A model generated the notes under the pieces. That model was given only the letters and a program-made list of their open reading frames with translations, searched no databases and was not told the origin of the DNA. Shown one piece after another: positions 8,720 to 18,914 of a stretch of DNA of 64,000 nucleotides (position 1 is its first letter; every line of letters starts with the position of its first letter). The position numbers and the translations under genes were made by a program. This stretch comes from Bacilli bacterium (GTDB taxonomy: Bacteria > Bacillota_I > Bacilli_A > ML615J-28 > CAG-698), in the NCBI GenBank assembly GCA_050953065.1, contig JBMNLZ010000001.1, positions 160,001 through 224,000 on the forward strand, written 5' to 3'.

Positions 8720-11191
8720 CTAAATATCGTTATTATTACGAAGAATAACTAACTTTTCAGGTTTACCTAAATTAGCTTTCAACGGCGTTTTTTTACCGTT
8801 ACTTGGAGTAGAAGATTTCAAAATACTATATTCGATTGGTAAAAAACCTTTTGTGCAAGCAATATAGCAATCTAATTCTTCAGAGATATTCTTTCTTCTA
8901 ATAACACAAGCATCTAAAATGTAGTTTTGTCCACCCTTTGATTGCTCTAGGTACAATTTACCTACATTATTTTTTTTGCCTTTTGATATTTCGTCAACTT
9001 TTAATCGTTTTATAGCGCCTTTTGATGTTAATAAAGTAACAATATCTCTTTTATCAACATACCTACCAGCGACAACCTCATCATGAACTCTGTTCTTCAA
9101 TTCTATTGATTTAACACCAAACGAAGCAGGAGCCATAATAGAAATCTCATCAGCATCGTATTTATTAATGTATCCTTCTTTAGTTATTACAACTACTTCA
9201 GCATCTTTTGCAGGACATATATCTACACTTACTAAAGCATCGCCTTTTCTTATTTTAGTTGCTCTTAAGGCTCTAGAATATCTATCTGCCACTAAATCTG
9301 AGATAGGTGTACGTTTAATCAAACCATTTTTAGTAGCAAAAATTACATATATATCACTATTAAAATCACTAATTGGAACTGAAAAAATAATTTTTTCATC
9401 TAAATCAATTTTTACCAAAGTACTAACATGATATCCTAAATCTTTATGTTTTACTTCAGGAATTTTTTGAACTGGTAAATAAACATAATTTCCTTTATTA
9501 GTAAACAATAAGAATGTATCTAAAGTTGTAGCATCGAATTTTGCGATTATTATGTCTTCTTCTTTTAGTTTTGTAGGCTCCGGAGTATTATATGACCTCA
9601 ATGAAAGCCTTTTAATATATCCATCATTTGTTAATAACAAGACTACATCTTCTTTTGCGATTAATTCGTTTACTTCAACTTTGACTTCTTCTATTTCATG
9701 CTCAATAACTGATTTTCTATCTTGTTTTAAAACATCTAAAGTCTTTAATAATTCTTTTTTAATCAAAGAGAACAAAGCAGTTTCATTTGAAAGAATTTGT
9801 TGTAACTTCTTTATATAGTCCTCTAATTTTCCTTTTTCATCTCTTAAAGCATAAATATCAGTATTAGTAAGTCTATATAATTGTAGCATTACAATAGCTT
9901 CAGCTTGTTCTTCGGTAAAATCATATTTTGCAACTAAGTTGTCTTTTGCGTCTTTTTTATTAGCAGAACTTCTAATAGTTTGAATTACTGCATCTAGAAT
10001 AGAAATCATAGCTATTAAACCATCTACTATATGTAATCTTTTTTGAGAAAACTTTAACTCATAATTAGAACGGTTAGTAAAGATTTGTTTTTCATGCTCA
10101 ATATAAGCATCTAACATATCCAGCAATCCCATACTCATTGGTTTTTTTTGATTAATTGCTACCATATTAAAATTATAATTAATTTGTAAATCAGTAGCTT
10201 TAAAGAAAAAATTGCGAATAAACTCAGGATTAGCATCTTTTTTAATATCTACAACTATTCTTAAACCACTTCTATCTGATTCATCTCTAATATCAATAAT
10301 TCCATCCACGTTTTTAGCAACATAAACATCACTCATTTTCTTAACAAGAATACCTTTGTTAACATCATAAGGAATCTCGGTAATAATTATTTTATTAAGG
10401 TTCTTCTCTTCAACAATTTCCGTTTTTGCTTTTAAAATTATTTTCCCTCTACCAGTTTTATAAGCAGCTTTTATTCCTTCAAGCCCCTGAACTATTCCAC
10501 CAGTCGGAAAATCTGGCCCCTGAACTATTTGCATTATATCTTCTAGAGTACATTTTGGATTATTAATTCGATATATTACAGCATTAATAATCTCAGTAAT
10601 ATTGTGTGGAGGAATATCTGTTGCATAACCAGCTGATATTCCAGTAGCTCCATTTACTAAAAGATTTGGATATTTTGCAGGCAAAACGGTTGGCTCATAT
10701 TCTTCATCATCAAAATTAGGTACAAATCCCACAGTCTTTTTGTTTATATCACTTAATAAATATTCTGCATATTTACTTAGTCTAACTTCTGTATACCTCA
10801 TAGCTGCAGCAGGATCGCCATCAATACTACCATTATTACCATGCATTTCTATAAGTGGTAAACGATATTTAAAATCCTGTGACATCCTTACCATGGCATC
10901 ATATACTGATGTATCACCATGCGGATGATATTTACCAATAACCTCACCAACGATTCTAGCCGATTTCTTAAAAGGTTTGTTTGAAAATATGCCTAATTTA
11001 TACATCGCAAACAAAATTCTTCTTTGAACAGGTTTTAAACCATCTCTAGCATCAGGAATCGCTCTATCTTGAATAATATAGCGAGAATATCGACCAAATC
11101 GCTCACTAACAATATCTTCTAAATTTTCTTGAATAATAGATTCTTCAACATGATCTGAGATTTTTTTAGCTATTTCACTCTTTTTCTTCAT
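8720..11191 (-). CDS. parC: DNA topoisomerase IV subunit A
   Basis: [32 protein letters not shown]; follows parE; no GyrA-box seen. Confidence 0.92.
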   Translation of the reverse strand: MKKKSEIAKKISDHVEESIIQENLEDIVSERFGRYSRYIIQDRAIPDARDGLKPVQRRILFAMYKLGIFSNKPFKKSARIVGEVIGKYHPHGDTSVYDAMVRMSQDFKYRLPLIEMHGNNGSIDGDPAAAMRYTEVRLSKYAEYLLSDINKKTVGFVPNFDDEEYEPTVLPAKYPNLLVNGATGISAGYATDIPPHNITEIINAVIYRINNPKCTLEDIMQIVQGPDFPTGGIVQGLEGIKAAYKTGRGKIILKAKTEIVEEKNLNKIIITEIPYDVNKGILVKKMSDVYVAKNVDGIIDIRDESDRSGLRIVVDIKKDANPEFIRNFFFKATDLQINYNFNMVAINQKKPMSMGLLDMLDAYIEHEKQIFTNRSNYELKFSQKRLHIVDGLIAMISILDAVIQTIRSSANKKDAKDNLVAKYDFTEEQAEAIVMLQLYRLTNTDIYALRDEKGKLEDYIKKLQQILSNETALFSLIKKELLKTLDVLKQDRKSVIEHEIEEVKVEVNELIAKEDVVLLLTNDGYIKRLSLRSYNTPEPTKLKEEDIIIAKFDATTLDTFLLFTNKGNYVYLPVQKIPEVKHKDLGYHVSTLVKIDLDEKIIFSVPISDFNSDIYVIFATKNGLIKRTPISDLVADRYSRALRATKIRKGDALVSVDICPAKDAEVVVITKEGYINKYDADEISIMAPASFGVKSIELKNRVHDEVVAGRYVDKRDIVTLLTSKGAIKRLKVDEISKGKKNNVGKLYLEQSKGGQNYILDACVIRRKNISEELDCYIACTKGFLPIEYSILKSSTPSNGKKTPLKANLGKPEKLVILRNNNDI

Positions 11192-13127
11192 AAGAATCTA
11201 CCTCCTCAAGCGTAAAATTATCTTCATAATCAAAAGATACATTATTATCTATCCATTCACGACGTGGTTCTACATCATCTCCCATTAAAATTGAAATTCT
11301 TGAATCAGCATCTCCAAAATCTTCAATTTTAACTTGAATTAGTGTTCGTGTTTCAGGGTTCATAGTAGTATCCCAAAGTTGGTCAGAATTCATTTCACCA
11401 AGCCCCTTAAATCTTTGAATCATAACATTCTTTTTGTTTCCAACTTTTTCTTTTAATTCATCATCAGACCAAGCATATTCATAATCATTTTTAGAAGTTG
11501 TTATCTTATAAAGTGGTGGCATTGCAATGTAAACTTTTCCACTTTCAATTAATCCCCTCATGTATCTAAAAAAGAAAGTCAAGAGTAAAACTTGAATATG
11601 AGCACCATCTGTATCAGCATCAGTCATAATGATTACTTTATTATAATTACTTTTTGAAGCATTAAAGTTTCTACCAAAACCAGCACCTATTGAAAAAATC
11701 ATCGACATAATTTCTTCATTTTTAAGCAATTCTTCTGTTTTAGTTTTTTCAGAATTTATTATTTTTCCTCTTAAAGGTAGGATTGCCTGGAATGTACGAT
11801 CCCTTCCTTGTTTGGCAGATCCACCCGCTGAATCTCCTTCAACAATAAATAACTCATTTTTATTAGGATTTTTATCTTGAGTAGGAGAAAGTTTTCCTGC
11901 TAAATTTGCCGACTTTGTTTTAGTTTCTTTAATCATCCTAACTTCATCTCTTGCTTTTCTAGCTGCTTCTCTTGCTTTAGAAGCCTTAATTGCATTTTGA
12001 GTTAGTAAAGTAGCAATCTCTCCATTTTCAGCTAAGTAAAATTTTAATTTTTCACTTATTACCATTTCAACAGCAGTTTTTGCATCAGCTGTACCTAATT
12101 TAGCCTTTGTTTGCCCTTCAAATTGAAGTAATTTTTCTGGTATTCTAATAGATAAAACTGCCGTCATTCCTTCCCTTATATCTATCCCCTCTAAGTTCTC
12201 ATCTCTTTCTTTTAATAAACCTTTCATTCTAGCATAGTCATTAAAAGCTCTAGTTAAAGCAGATCTAAATCCAGTTTCATGTGTTCCACCATCTCTTGTT
12301 CGAATATTATTAACAAACGACAATAATGTTTCAGTATAAGATTTTTTTGTATATTGTAAAACAGCTTCTACTTGAATTTCATCGTATGTGCCTTCTAAAA
12401 CAACTGGTTCATTGATTATTTCTTTATCTTGATTAAGTGATTTAATGTATTCTACAATTCCTTCATTAAATTGAAAAACATCTCTTTGATTAGTTCTTTC
12501 ATCAATTAATTCTACTTTAAGTCCTTTAATAAGATATGCTGCTTCTTTTAACCTTTGTGCACAAAGTTTATAATCTATTATAGTAGTTGAAAAAATATTT
12601 GCATCTGGTTTAAAATGAACTGTTGTACCAGTCTTTTTAGTTTCACCCAGATTTTTAGGTTTTTCAATAATTTTACCACCGTTTGCATATCTTTGATAAT
12701 ATATTTTATTATCACGATGAATAGTTAATTCAACCCATTCGCATAAAGCGTTAACTACACTGGCACCTACTCCGTGAAGTCCACCAGCTACCTTATAAGC
12801 ACCACTGCCATCAAATTTTCCTCCAGCATGTAAAAGGTTATAAACGACCTCTGGTGTAGGTCGCCCTTTTTCATGCATACCAGTAGGTATGCCTCTTCCG
12901 TTATCTTGCACTTCTACTGAATTGCCTTCGTGTATTATTACTCTAACATTATTTGCATATCCAGCTAAAACTTCATCAACACCATTGTCAACAATCTCCC
13001 ATATTAATTGGTGTAATCCTTTTGAATCTGTTGACCCAACATACATACCTGGTCTTTTTCTAACCGCTTCTAAACCTTCTAAAATTTGAATTGATTTTTC
13101 ATCATATTTTTTAATCATTTTCGCCAT
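11175..13127 (-). CDS. parE: DNA topoisomerase IV subunit B
   Basis: [35 protein letters not shown]; divergent from plsY as in Bacilli; start at ATG 13127 (AGGTGG SD). Confidence 0.92.
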   Translation of the reverse strand: MAKMIKKYDEKSIQILEGLEAVRKRPGMYVGSTDSKGLHQLIWEIVDNGVDEVLAGYANNVRVIIHEGNSVEVQDNGRGIPTGMHEKGRPTPEVVYNLLHAGGKFDGSGAYKVAGGLHGVGASVVNALCEWVELTIHRDNKIYYQRYANGGKIIEKPKNLGETKKTGTTVHFKPDANIFSTTIIDYKLCAQRLKEAAYLIKGLKVELIDERTNQRDVFQFNEGIVEYIKSLNQDKEIINEPVVLEGTYDEIQVEAVLQYTKKSYTETLLSFVNNIRTRDGGTHETGFRSALTRAFNDYARMKGLLKERDENLEGIDIREGMTAVLSIRIPEKLLQFEGQTKAKLGTADAKTAVEMVISEKLKFYLAENGEIATLLTQNAIKASKAREAARKARDEVRMIKETKTKSANLAGKLSPTQDKNPNKNELFIVEGDSAGGSAKQGRDRTFQAILPLRGKIINSEKTKTEELLKNEEIMSMIFSIGAGFGRNFNASKSNYNKVIIMTDADTDGAHIQVLLLTFFFRYMRGLIESGKVYIAMPPLYKITTSKNDYEYAWSDDELKEKVGNKKNVMIQRFKGLGEMNSDQLWDTTMNPETRTLIQVKIEDFGDADSRISILMGDDVEPRREWIDNNVSFDYEDNFTLEEVDSYEEKE

Positions 13128-13317
13128 TTCAACCACCTATATATAATATTATATCATATATTAAATCAAATTTCAATCAATAAAATAGATGTTTAAATTG
13201 CCTCATTAGGTGCATATGAGTATATTAAAGTTTTAAAAAAACAAAAAAATTGTTTAGTTTTTTATGTTTGCTTTTAATCAAATATTATTATATAATATAG
13301 AATACGGAGTTGAGTAT

Positions 13318-13953
13318 ATGGTTACAACAATTAGAATCGGTATCTTAATAGCGGCATATTTAATCGGATCTATTCCTTTTGGTTTTATTATTGGGAAATT
13401 AAAGGGTGTAGATATCCGAGAACAAGGAAGTAAAAACATAGGAGCTACAAATGTAGGTCGCGTTTTAGGATATCGTTATGCAGTGTACACTTATTTATGT
13501 GATTTTGCAAAAGGCGCTTTTATAGTTGCTTTATTTACTTTAAAAATCTTACCTAACGATTACGCACTTTTTAACCCGCTTTTTTATGGCGTAATTACAT
13601 GTGTAGGACACTCTTATTCTGTTTATTTAGATTTTAATGGTGGTAAATCTGTCGCTAGTGCTAGCGGAGTAATTTTTGCTTATAGTTGGTGGATTTTTTT
13701 AATCGCTATTGGTATATTTGCTTTAATTGTCCTTATCAGCAAAATGGTATCTTTAGGTTCCATCGTTGCAGCTTCTTGTATTTTTTTACTTTCAATATTT
13801 TTAACTATTTTTACAGACAACCCACATTACGATATTTACTTCCCAGTTTCAATGTGTTTAATGGTTGCAATTATTTTTATAAGACATAAAAGTAATATCA
13901 AAAAAATAATTGCTAATGAAGAAAACAAAGTTAAATGGTTAGAAAAAAAATAA
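13318..13953 (+). CDS. plsY: Glycerol-3-phosphate acyltransferase PlsY
   Basis: YLIGSIPFG, GSKNIGATNVGR, GGKSVA, RHKSNI; start revised to ATG 13318. Confidence 0.93.
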   Translation: MVTTIRIGILIAAYLIGSIPFGFIIGKLKGVDIREQGSKNIGATNVGRVLGYRYAVYTYLCDFAKGAFIVALFTLKILPNDYALFNPLFYGVITCVGHSYSVYLDFNGGKSVASASGVIFAYSWWIFLIAIGIFALIVLISKMVSLGSIVAASCIFLLSIFLTIFTDNPHYDIYFPVSMCLMVAIIFIRHKSNIKKIIANEENKVKWLEKK

Positions 13954-13972
13954 AACCTCAATATGAGGTTTT
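13952..13972. terminator. Bidirectional terminator plsY/yneF
   Basis: AAAACCTCA-ata-TGAGGTTTT. Confidence 0.7.
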
Positions 13973-14201
13973 ATTTTGTTTTTGCTTGATTCATTTGCGC
14001 CATTATTTGTCGCACTTGTTTTTCAGATGGTGTTCTTCCCATTTGTTGCATCATTACTCTAATCATTTTTTCATTAATAGGAGGATTTTTTTCTAAATAT
14101 TTAGTAATAATTACTCTTGCGATAAAAAACCCTATTACAGCCCCTACTATTAAAACACCTATTATTATTAATATAAATGCCCAAATTGCTAATTTTATCA
14201 T
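13971..14201 (-). CDS. yneF: YneF/UPF0154 membrane protein
   Basis: N-terminal TM, then NPPINEKMIRVMMQQMGRTPSEKQVRQ. Confidence 0.93.
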   Translation of the reverse strand: MIKLAIWAFILIIIGVLIVGAVIGFFIARVIITKYLEKNPPINEKMIRVMMQQMGRTPSEKQVRQIMAQMNQAKTK

Positions 14202-14282
14202 GTAATCATTCCTTTCTTGCTTATTAATTTTACTACATCAAGCATAAAAAATCAATGCTTTTTTGTAATACCACCAAAAAAA

Positions 14283-14326
14283 TGAAAGCGTTTTATTGTT
14301 TTACTGTTTTTGTTTTATGATATAAT
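14283..14326 (+). promoter_or_regulatory. Ferredoxin promoter (extended -10) with upstream cre/LacI-like box
   Basis: TGAAAGCGTTTTAT at 14283-14296; TGATATAAT at 14318-14326; AGGAGG SD downstream. Confidence 0.5.
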
Positions 14327-14350
14327 GTACCCATCAAGGAGGTACTGAAT

Positions 14351-14518
14351 ATGCCAAAATTTATTACTGATGCTTGTATAGCTTGTGGCGCTTGTGCAGC
14401 TGAATGTCCTGTTGATTGTATTTCAGAAGGAGATATTTATGAAATCAACCCTGAAGTATGCATTGATTGTGGTAACTGTACAGAAGTTTGTCCTGTTCAA
14501 GCGATTATAGACAAATAA
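14351..14518 (+). CDS. 2[4Fe-4S] ferredoxin (55 aa)
   Basis: Missed by ORF track. MPKFITDACIACGACAAECPVDCISEGDIYEINPEVCIDCGNCTEVCPVQAIIDK, two CxxCxxCxxxCP motifs; AGGAGG SD. Confidence 0.96.
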   Translation: MPKFITDACIACGACAAECPVDCISEGDIYEINPEVCIDCGNCTEVCPVQAIIDK

Positions 14519-14530
14519 TTAACAAGTAAC

Positions 14531-14558
14531 AAGGAGAGATTTAAAAATCTCTCCTTTT
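14531..14558. terminator. Bidirectional terminator between ferredoxin and the peptide operon
   Basis: AAGGAGAGATT-taa-AATCTCTCCTT. Confidence 0.8.
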
Positions 14559-14561
14559 AAT

Positions 14562-14675
14562 TTAATTAGCTGTATAACATTCTATGACTGAAGAATTCTC
14601 TTCACCAGATGTGCTTAATTTTTCGATTATTTCTAATTTAATTACTTCAACTGTAGGTTTTTCATATTTTTTCAT
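14562..14675 (-). CDS. 37-aa peptide with YxxP RiPP-type leader
   Basis: Missed by ORF track. MKKYEKPTVEVIKLEIIEKLSTSGEENSSVIECYTAN; GGAG SD; paralog of the adjacent peptide. Confidence 0.8.
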   Translation of the reverse strand: MKKYEKPTVEVIKLEIIEKLSTSGEENSSVIECYTAN

Positions 14676-14694
14676 TATTTTTCTCCAATTCTAA

Positions 14695-14829
14695 TTATAT
14701 TAAATTTTCCATTTGGTTGTAACATAGCATTGGTGTTGATGTGCATTCAAAACTAACAGATGTACAAAACGCTTCTGTTTGAAACTTAATTATTTGAATA
14801 GTAGGCTTTTCGTATTTTTTAGTCATCAT
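14695..14829 (-). CDS. 44-aa peptide with YxxP RiPP-type leader and Cys/Ser/Thr-rich core
   Basis: Missed by ORF track. MMTKKYEKPTIQIIKFQTEAFCTSVSFECTSTPMLCYNQMENLI; GAGGTG SD. Confidence 0.8.
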   Translation of the reverse strand: MMTKKYEKPTIQIIKFQTEAFCTSVSFECTSTPMLCYNQMENLI

Positions 14830-14849
14830 ATTAAGCACCTCACACTGTA

Positions 14850-14878
14850 ATTATACAATAATTACTATTAAAAAACAA
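14850..14878 (-). promoter_or_regulatory. Sigma-A promoter of the two-peptide operon
   Basis: TTGTTT-17 bp-TATAAT on the minus strand, ~20 bp upstream of the first ATG. Confidence 0.65.
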
Positions 14879-14904
14879 GTATTTAAAAGGGTTTTAAGAT
14901 TAGT

Positions 14905-15573
14905 TTATGAATTAAAACTTTCAATTTTTTCGTTTAAAATTTGTATTTTTCTATCAATAATTTCAATTTCTTTATTTTTAAAAAGGCTTTCTTTTATTGT
15001 ATTGTATTTTTTTAACTCACTTATACAGTACTCGTACATTGTTAAAGATGTGTCTTTTTTTAATTTCATTCCTAAATATAAATCTATAAAGTCATATTTT
15101 CTTATCTCTTTAGTTTTCCTTAAAAGCATTATTTGATAAAAATACGATCTTTCAAAAATAATCTTCTCAGAAACGGGATATATAGAGTTATCATATAGAA
15201 ATTTCCTTAATTTTTCAAGATTATTGTTTGCTTGAATAATCAAACTTTTATTTTCAATTCTGTGAAAATTTTTTTTAATAATATCTTTTATTAAAAGTCC
15301 TCCCATCCCTGCCAGCACAATTGTATCAACTTTAGGGTTTAATTCATCTAAACCATTAGACAAAGTATAATCAACATTTAAATCTATGTTTTTCAAATTA
15401 CTTTTTGCTTTTTCTAGAGGTTTAATCTTATTATCAATTAATTGAGCATATAAAATTTTCTTAGATGATAAAGCCTCCAAAATTAAGTAGCCATGATCAC
15501 ACCCTATGTCAGCTACTTTACTGTTCAAATCAATATACTTGCAAATCTCTTTAATTCTTTTTGAAACAGCCAT
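14905..15573 (-). CDS. trmK: tRNA (adenine22-N1)-methyltransferase
   Basis: VADIGCDHGYL, IVLAGMGGLLI; rpoD-trmK synteny. Confidence 0.92.
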   Translation of the reverse strand: MAVSKRIKEICKYIDLNSKVADIGCDHGYLILEALSSKKILYAQLIDNKIKPLEKAKSNLKNIDLNVDYTLSNGLDELNPKVDTIVLAGMGGLLIKDIIKKNFHRIENKSLIIQANNNLEKLRKFLYDNSIYPVSEKIIFERSYFYQIMLLRKTKEIRKYDFIDLYLGMKLKKDTSLTMYEYCISELKKYNTIKESLFKNKEIEIIDRKIQILNEKIESFNS

Positions 15574-15656
15574 TTAAACCACCTTTATTTTTAGTTTTAA
15601 CATAGGAAATCAGCCCTATAATCGTTATTTAAACTTCTTTTTGATTATTACACAAA

Positions 15657-15688
15657 AACACATTATCACCAAAATAATGTGTTTTTTT
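15657..15688. terminator. Terminator downstream of rpoD
   Basis: AACACATTAT...ATAATGTGTT stem with flanking A/T runs. Confidence 0.65.
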
Positions 15689-15694
15689 GCGTTT

Positions 15695-16966
15695 TTAAGA
15701 GAGATTTTTAAATTGGCTTAATCGTTTTTGTCTTGTTGGATGTTTAAGCCTTCTGATTGCTTTTGATTCAATTTGTCTTATTCTTTCACGTGTAACTCCG
15801 AATTCTTTTCCAACTTCTTCAAGAGTGTGAGGTTTACCATCTGAAAGGCCATATCTTAATCTTAAAACTTTTTCTTCTCTTGGAGTTAGTGTTTTCAAGA
15901 CGGTATCAATCTCTTCTTTGTATTTTTCACTCAATGTATAATCTAAAGGATTAGGCAATTCCGTATCATGAACAAAATCACCTAAAGTCGAATCATCTTC
16001 TTCTCCTACCGGCGTTTCTAGAGAAACTGGTTCTTGAGCAATCTTTAAAATTTGTTGCACTTTTTCTGAAGAAATTTTCATTTCAGCTCCAATTTCTTCA
16101 GGAGTTGGTTCCCTTCTTAATTCTTGAGTAAGTTTCCTCTGAGTTCTCACTAACTTATTAATTGTTTCAACCATGTGAACTGGAACTCTTATAGTTCTAG
16201 CTTGGTCTGCAATTGCTCTAGTAATAGCTTGACGAATCCACCAAGTAGCATATGTTGAAAATTTAAAGCCTTTTGTATGGTCAAATTTAGATACTGCTTT
16301 CATTAGTCCCATATTCCCTTCTTGAATAAGGTCTTGAAATTGCATTCCTCTACCTAAATATTTTTTAGCTATCGATACAACTAATCTAAGATTTGATTCA
16401 ATTAAAACATCTCTTGCATGCTCGCCAATTTTCACATCTTCATGAATTTGTTCAATTTGTTCTTTTGAAAATTCAAATTCAATTTTATCTTTATTAGCAA
16501 TAATATCTTCCGCTAATATTCCTTGTTGAACTTCACTTGAAAGACGTATTTCTTGGTCAGTAGTCAATAAAGGGATTTGTCCTATTTCTCTTAAATACAT
16601 TTTAATTGGATCGTCAGTTTGATTAGGAGAGACAGAAGAAACAATGTCATCTATGTCTTTGTTTTTTAAATCATTTTCTATTTCATTTGTAAACTCATTA
16701 AACTCTGGATCTGATTCCATATCAGCAAATGGATCTAGGTCATCTTCTAATTCACCATCAACTTCAAAGTCACCATTTTCTTCAAGTTCTTCTTTTACTA
16801 AATCAATACCTTCTAACTCTATTCTTTTTATAAATTCATCAAAGTGTTCGCTGTCTTCATCAAGTAATTCAAGAATTTTATTAAAATTAATATACCCTTT
16901 TTTCTTACCTTCAGCAATTAATTCTTCTAACTTTAAAGTTTTATCTTCCATATCATACATAATCAA
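15695..16966 (-). CDS. rpoD: RNA polymerase primary sigma factor
   Basis: [44 protein letters not shown]; true start uncertain (16960 or 16951). Confidence 0.97.
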   Translation of the reverse strand: MIMYDMEDKTLKLEELIAEGKKKGYINFNKILELLDEDSEHFDEFIKRIELEGIDLVKEELEENGDFEVDGELEDDLDPFADMESDPEFNEFTNEIENDLKNKDIDDIVSSVSPNQTDDPIKMYLREIGQIPLLTTDQEIRLSSEVQQGILAEDIIANKDKIEFEFSKEQIEQIHEDVKIGEHARDVLIESNLRLVVSIAKKYLGRGMQFQDLIQEGNMGLMKAVSKFDHTKGFKFSTYATWWIRQAITRAIADQARTIRVPVHMVETINKLVRTQRKLTQELRREPTPEEIGAEMKISSEKVQQILKIAQEPVSLETPVGEEDDSTLGDFVHDTELPNPLDYTLSEKYKEEIDTVLKTLTPREEKVLRLRYGLSDGKPHTLEEVGKEFGVTRERIRQIESKAIRRLKHPTRQKRLSQFKNLS

Positions 16967-17128
16967 TTAATCTTTTTTGAAATCTTATTGATTAACTCCC
17001 TTCTTCTTGTTTAATTAGTTACGACTTTAATATTTTTTTTGTTTAAACTATTTTTTAAAATTGACTAGACAGTTTTTGTCTTTTACTCTTAGCTAGCAAT
17101 TTGTCTAACTACATAACCTTATCTTTCA

Positions 17129-18898
17129 TTATCTTCTTTTTTTAATTATTTTTTTTATCTGAACTGTTCTTTCAATTTCAGACAAACTATCATCATTATA
17201 AATTTTTTCTGCTACATTATATTGTATAACATGATCAATCAATTTATCTATTTTATCTCTTGAAATTCTAGTTTCTTTAGATTTTTCTTGGTTTAAGTTA
17301 AAGTTTTCTATTATTTTTTCAAATTCATTCACTAGATTGGGATTTAAATATTTATTTACAAATTTAGTTTTATCCATAAACTTAAATAAATTCCAATAAT
17401 TTTCTATTTCACATAGAATTTCTCTATTTTTAGATATAACTTTTCGATTATCTAATTTTTGCATTATATAAGCACAATCATCTTTATGTGAAAACGCTAT
17501 AACAATTAAGTGCCTTTCAGAATTTGCACATCCTATTTTATATGACTCGAAATTGTGTAATTTCTTTAGAATTCTTTTTTCTGGTTCTTTTCTTTCAATT
17601 TTATAAGAACTATGTTTCCCAAAATCACTTGCAATAGTATTAAAATCTAAATTCAACAACTTGCTAATTTTTTTTACGTAAAATTCTGTTATTGTATTTG
17701 AATTATAGATTTTTAAAATCTCAAACATATTATTTTTAAATTTTTCGATTGAGTTAACATTATTATAATCTATATTATTAGCATAAATTTTAAATAAATA
17801 TTCTATAGCACTACTTTGCTCTTCCATTAAGATTTTCAATAATGCTTGCTTACCATATTTTTTTAAATAATCATCCGGATCTAAGCCATCTGGAATTAAT
17901 ACTGCATTAATTTCAAAATTAGCATCATTAAATACTTTGATTGCTTTTTTTGTTGCATTAATGCCTGCTTCATCGCCATCAAAACAAAGTGTTACAACAT
18001 TAGTTATTTTCTTAAGATTATAAACATGTTCTTTAGTTAAAGCCGTCCCCATAGAAGCAACCGAATGATTAATACCTGCTTTATAAGCAGCAATTACATC
18101 CATAAAACCTTCAAATATAAAAACATTTTTTTTGATCCTTATCTCATTACTGGCTTCGTAAAAATTATATAAAATATTACTTTTTTTAAAAATTGCTGTT
18201 TCAGGCGAATTTATATACTTGCTATCATTTTCTGAAAAGTTTTTATAAATTCTACCACTAAACCCTACAATTTTACCGTTATTATTAGTAAGCGGAAAAA
18301 TTATTCTATTTCGAAACAAGTCATAATATTCATTATTCTTTCTTGTTTTTATTAAACCAAGTTCAATTAAGTCCAATGGTAGTCTGTTTTTTTCGTTTGT
18401 TAGTGCATTAAAAAGCAAATTTTCTTTAGAAGGAGCAAGTCCAATATCAAATCTATCAATTATTTCTTTAGAAATTCCACGTTCATTTAAATAATTGAAA
18501 GCTTCTTTACCTTCAGTTGTATTATTTAAAACAACTCTATAGAAATTTTGAGCTTCTTGCATTATTTCAAAATATTTTTTTTCAACTAAATTTTCTTTGT
18601 GATCAATTATGTTTACTTCAACATTAGCCATTTCAGCCGTTTTTTTAACAGCTTCCATAAAAGAGATCTTTTCAAAATCACTAACAAACTTAATTACGTC
18701 GCCTTTTGCTCCACAACTAAAACATTTATAAAAGCGTTTTGATTGAGACACAGAAAGGGATGGATTATTATCATCATGAAAAGGACATTTACCAAAAAAA
18801 TTATTCCCTTTTTTTTCCAATCTAATATATTGGCCTATAACATCTACGATATTAAGTTTTTCTTTAATTTCGTTAATTATTTTTTCAGGTACAATCAA
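17129..18898 (-). CDS. dnaG: DNA primase
   Basis: CPFHDD...CFSCG zinc finger, KYINSPET, EGFMDV, FDGDEAG TOPRIM. Confidence 0.96.
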   Translation of the reverse strand: MIVPEKIINEIKEKLNIVDVIGQYIRLEKKGNNFFGKCPFHDDNNPSLSVSQSKRFYKCFSCGAKGDVIKFVSDFEKISFMEAVKKTAEMANVEVNIIDHKENLVEKKYFEIMQEAQNFYRVVLNNTTEGKEAFNYLNERGISKEIIDRFDIGLAPSKENLLFNALTNEKNRLPLDLIELGLIKTRKNNEYYDLFRNRIIFPLTNNNGKIVGFSGRIYKNFSENDSKYINSPETAIFKKSNILYNFYEASNEIRIKKNVFIFEGFMDVIAAYKAGINHSVASMGTALTKEHVYNLKKITNVVTLCFDGDEAGINATKKAIKVFNDANFEINAVLIPDGLDPDDYLKKYGKQALLKILMEEQSSAIEYLFKIYANNIDYNNVNSIEKFKNNMFEILKIYNSNTITEFYVKKISKLLNLDFNTIASDFGKHSSYKIERKEPEKRILKKLHNFESYKIGCANSERHLIVIAFSHKDDCAYIMQKLDNRKVISKNREILCEIENYWNLFKFMDKTKFVNKYLNPNLVNEFEKIIENFNLNQEKSKETRISRDKIDKLIDHVIQYNVAEKIYNDDSLSEIERTVQIKKIIKKRR

Positions 18899-18914
18899 TA
18901 TATAATCTCCTAAA

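Noticed and set aside
8720-13127. Calling these gyrB/gyrA
   Set aside because: Divergent plsY, terminus location and no GyrA-box seen indicate Topo IV
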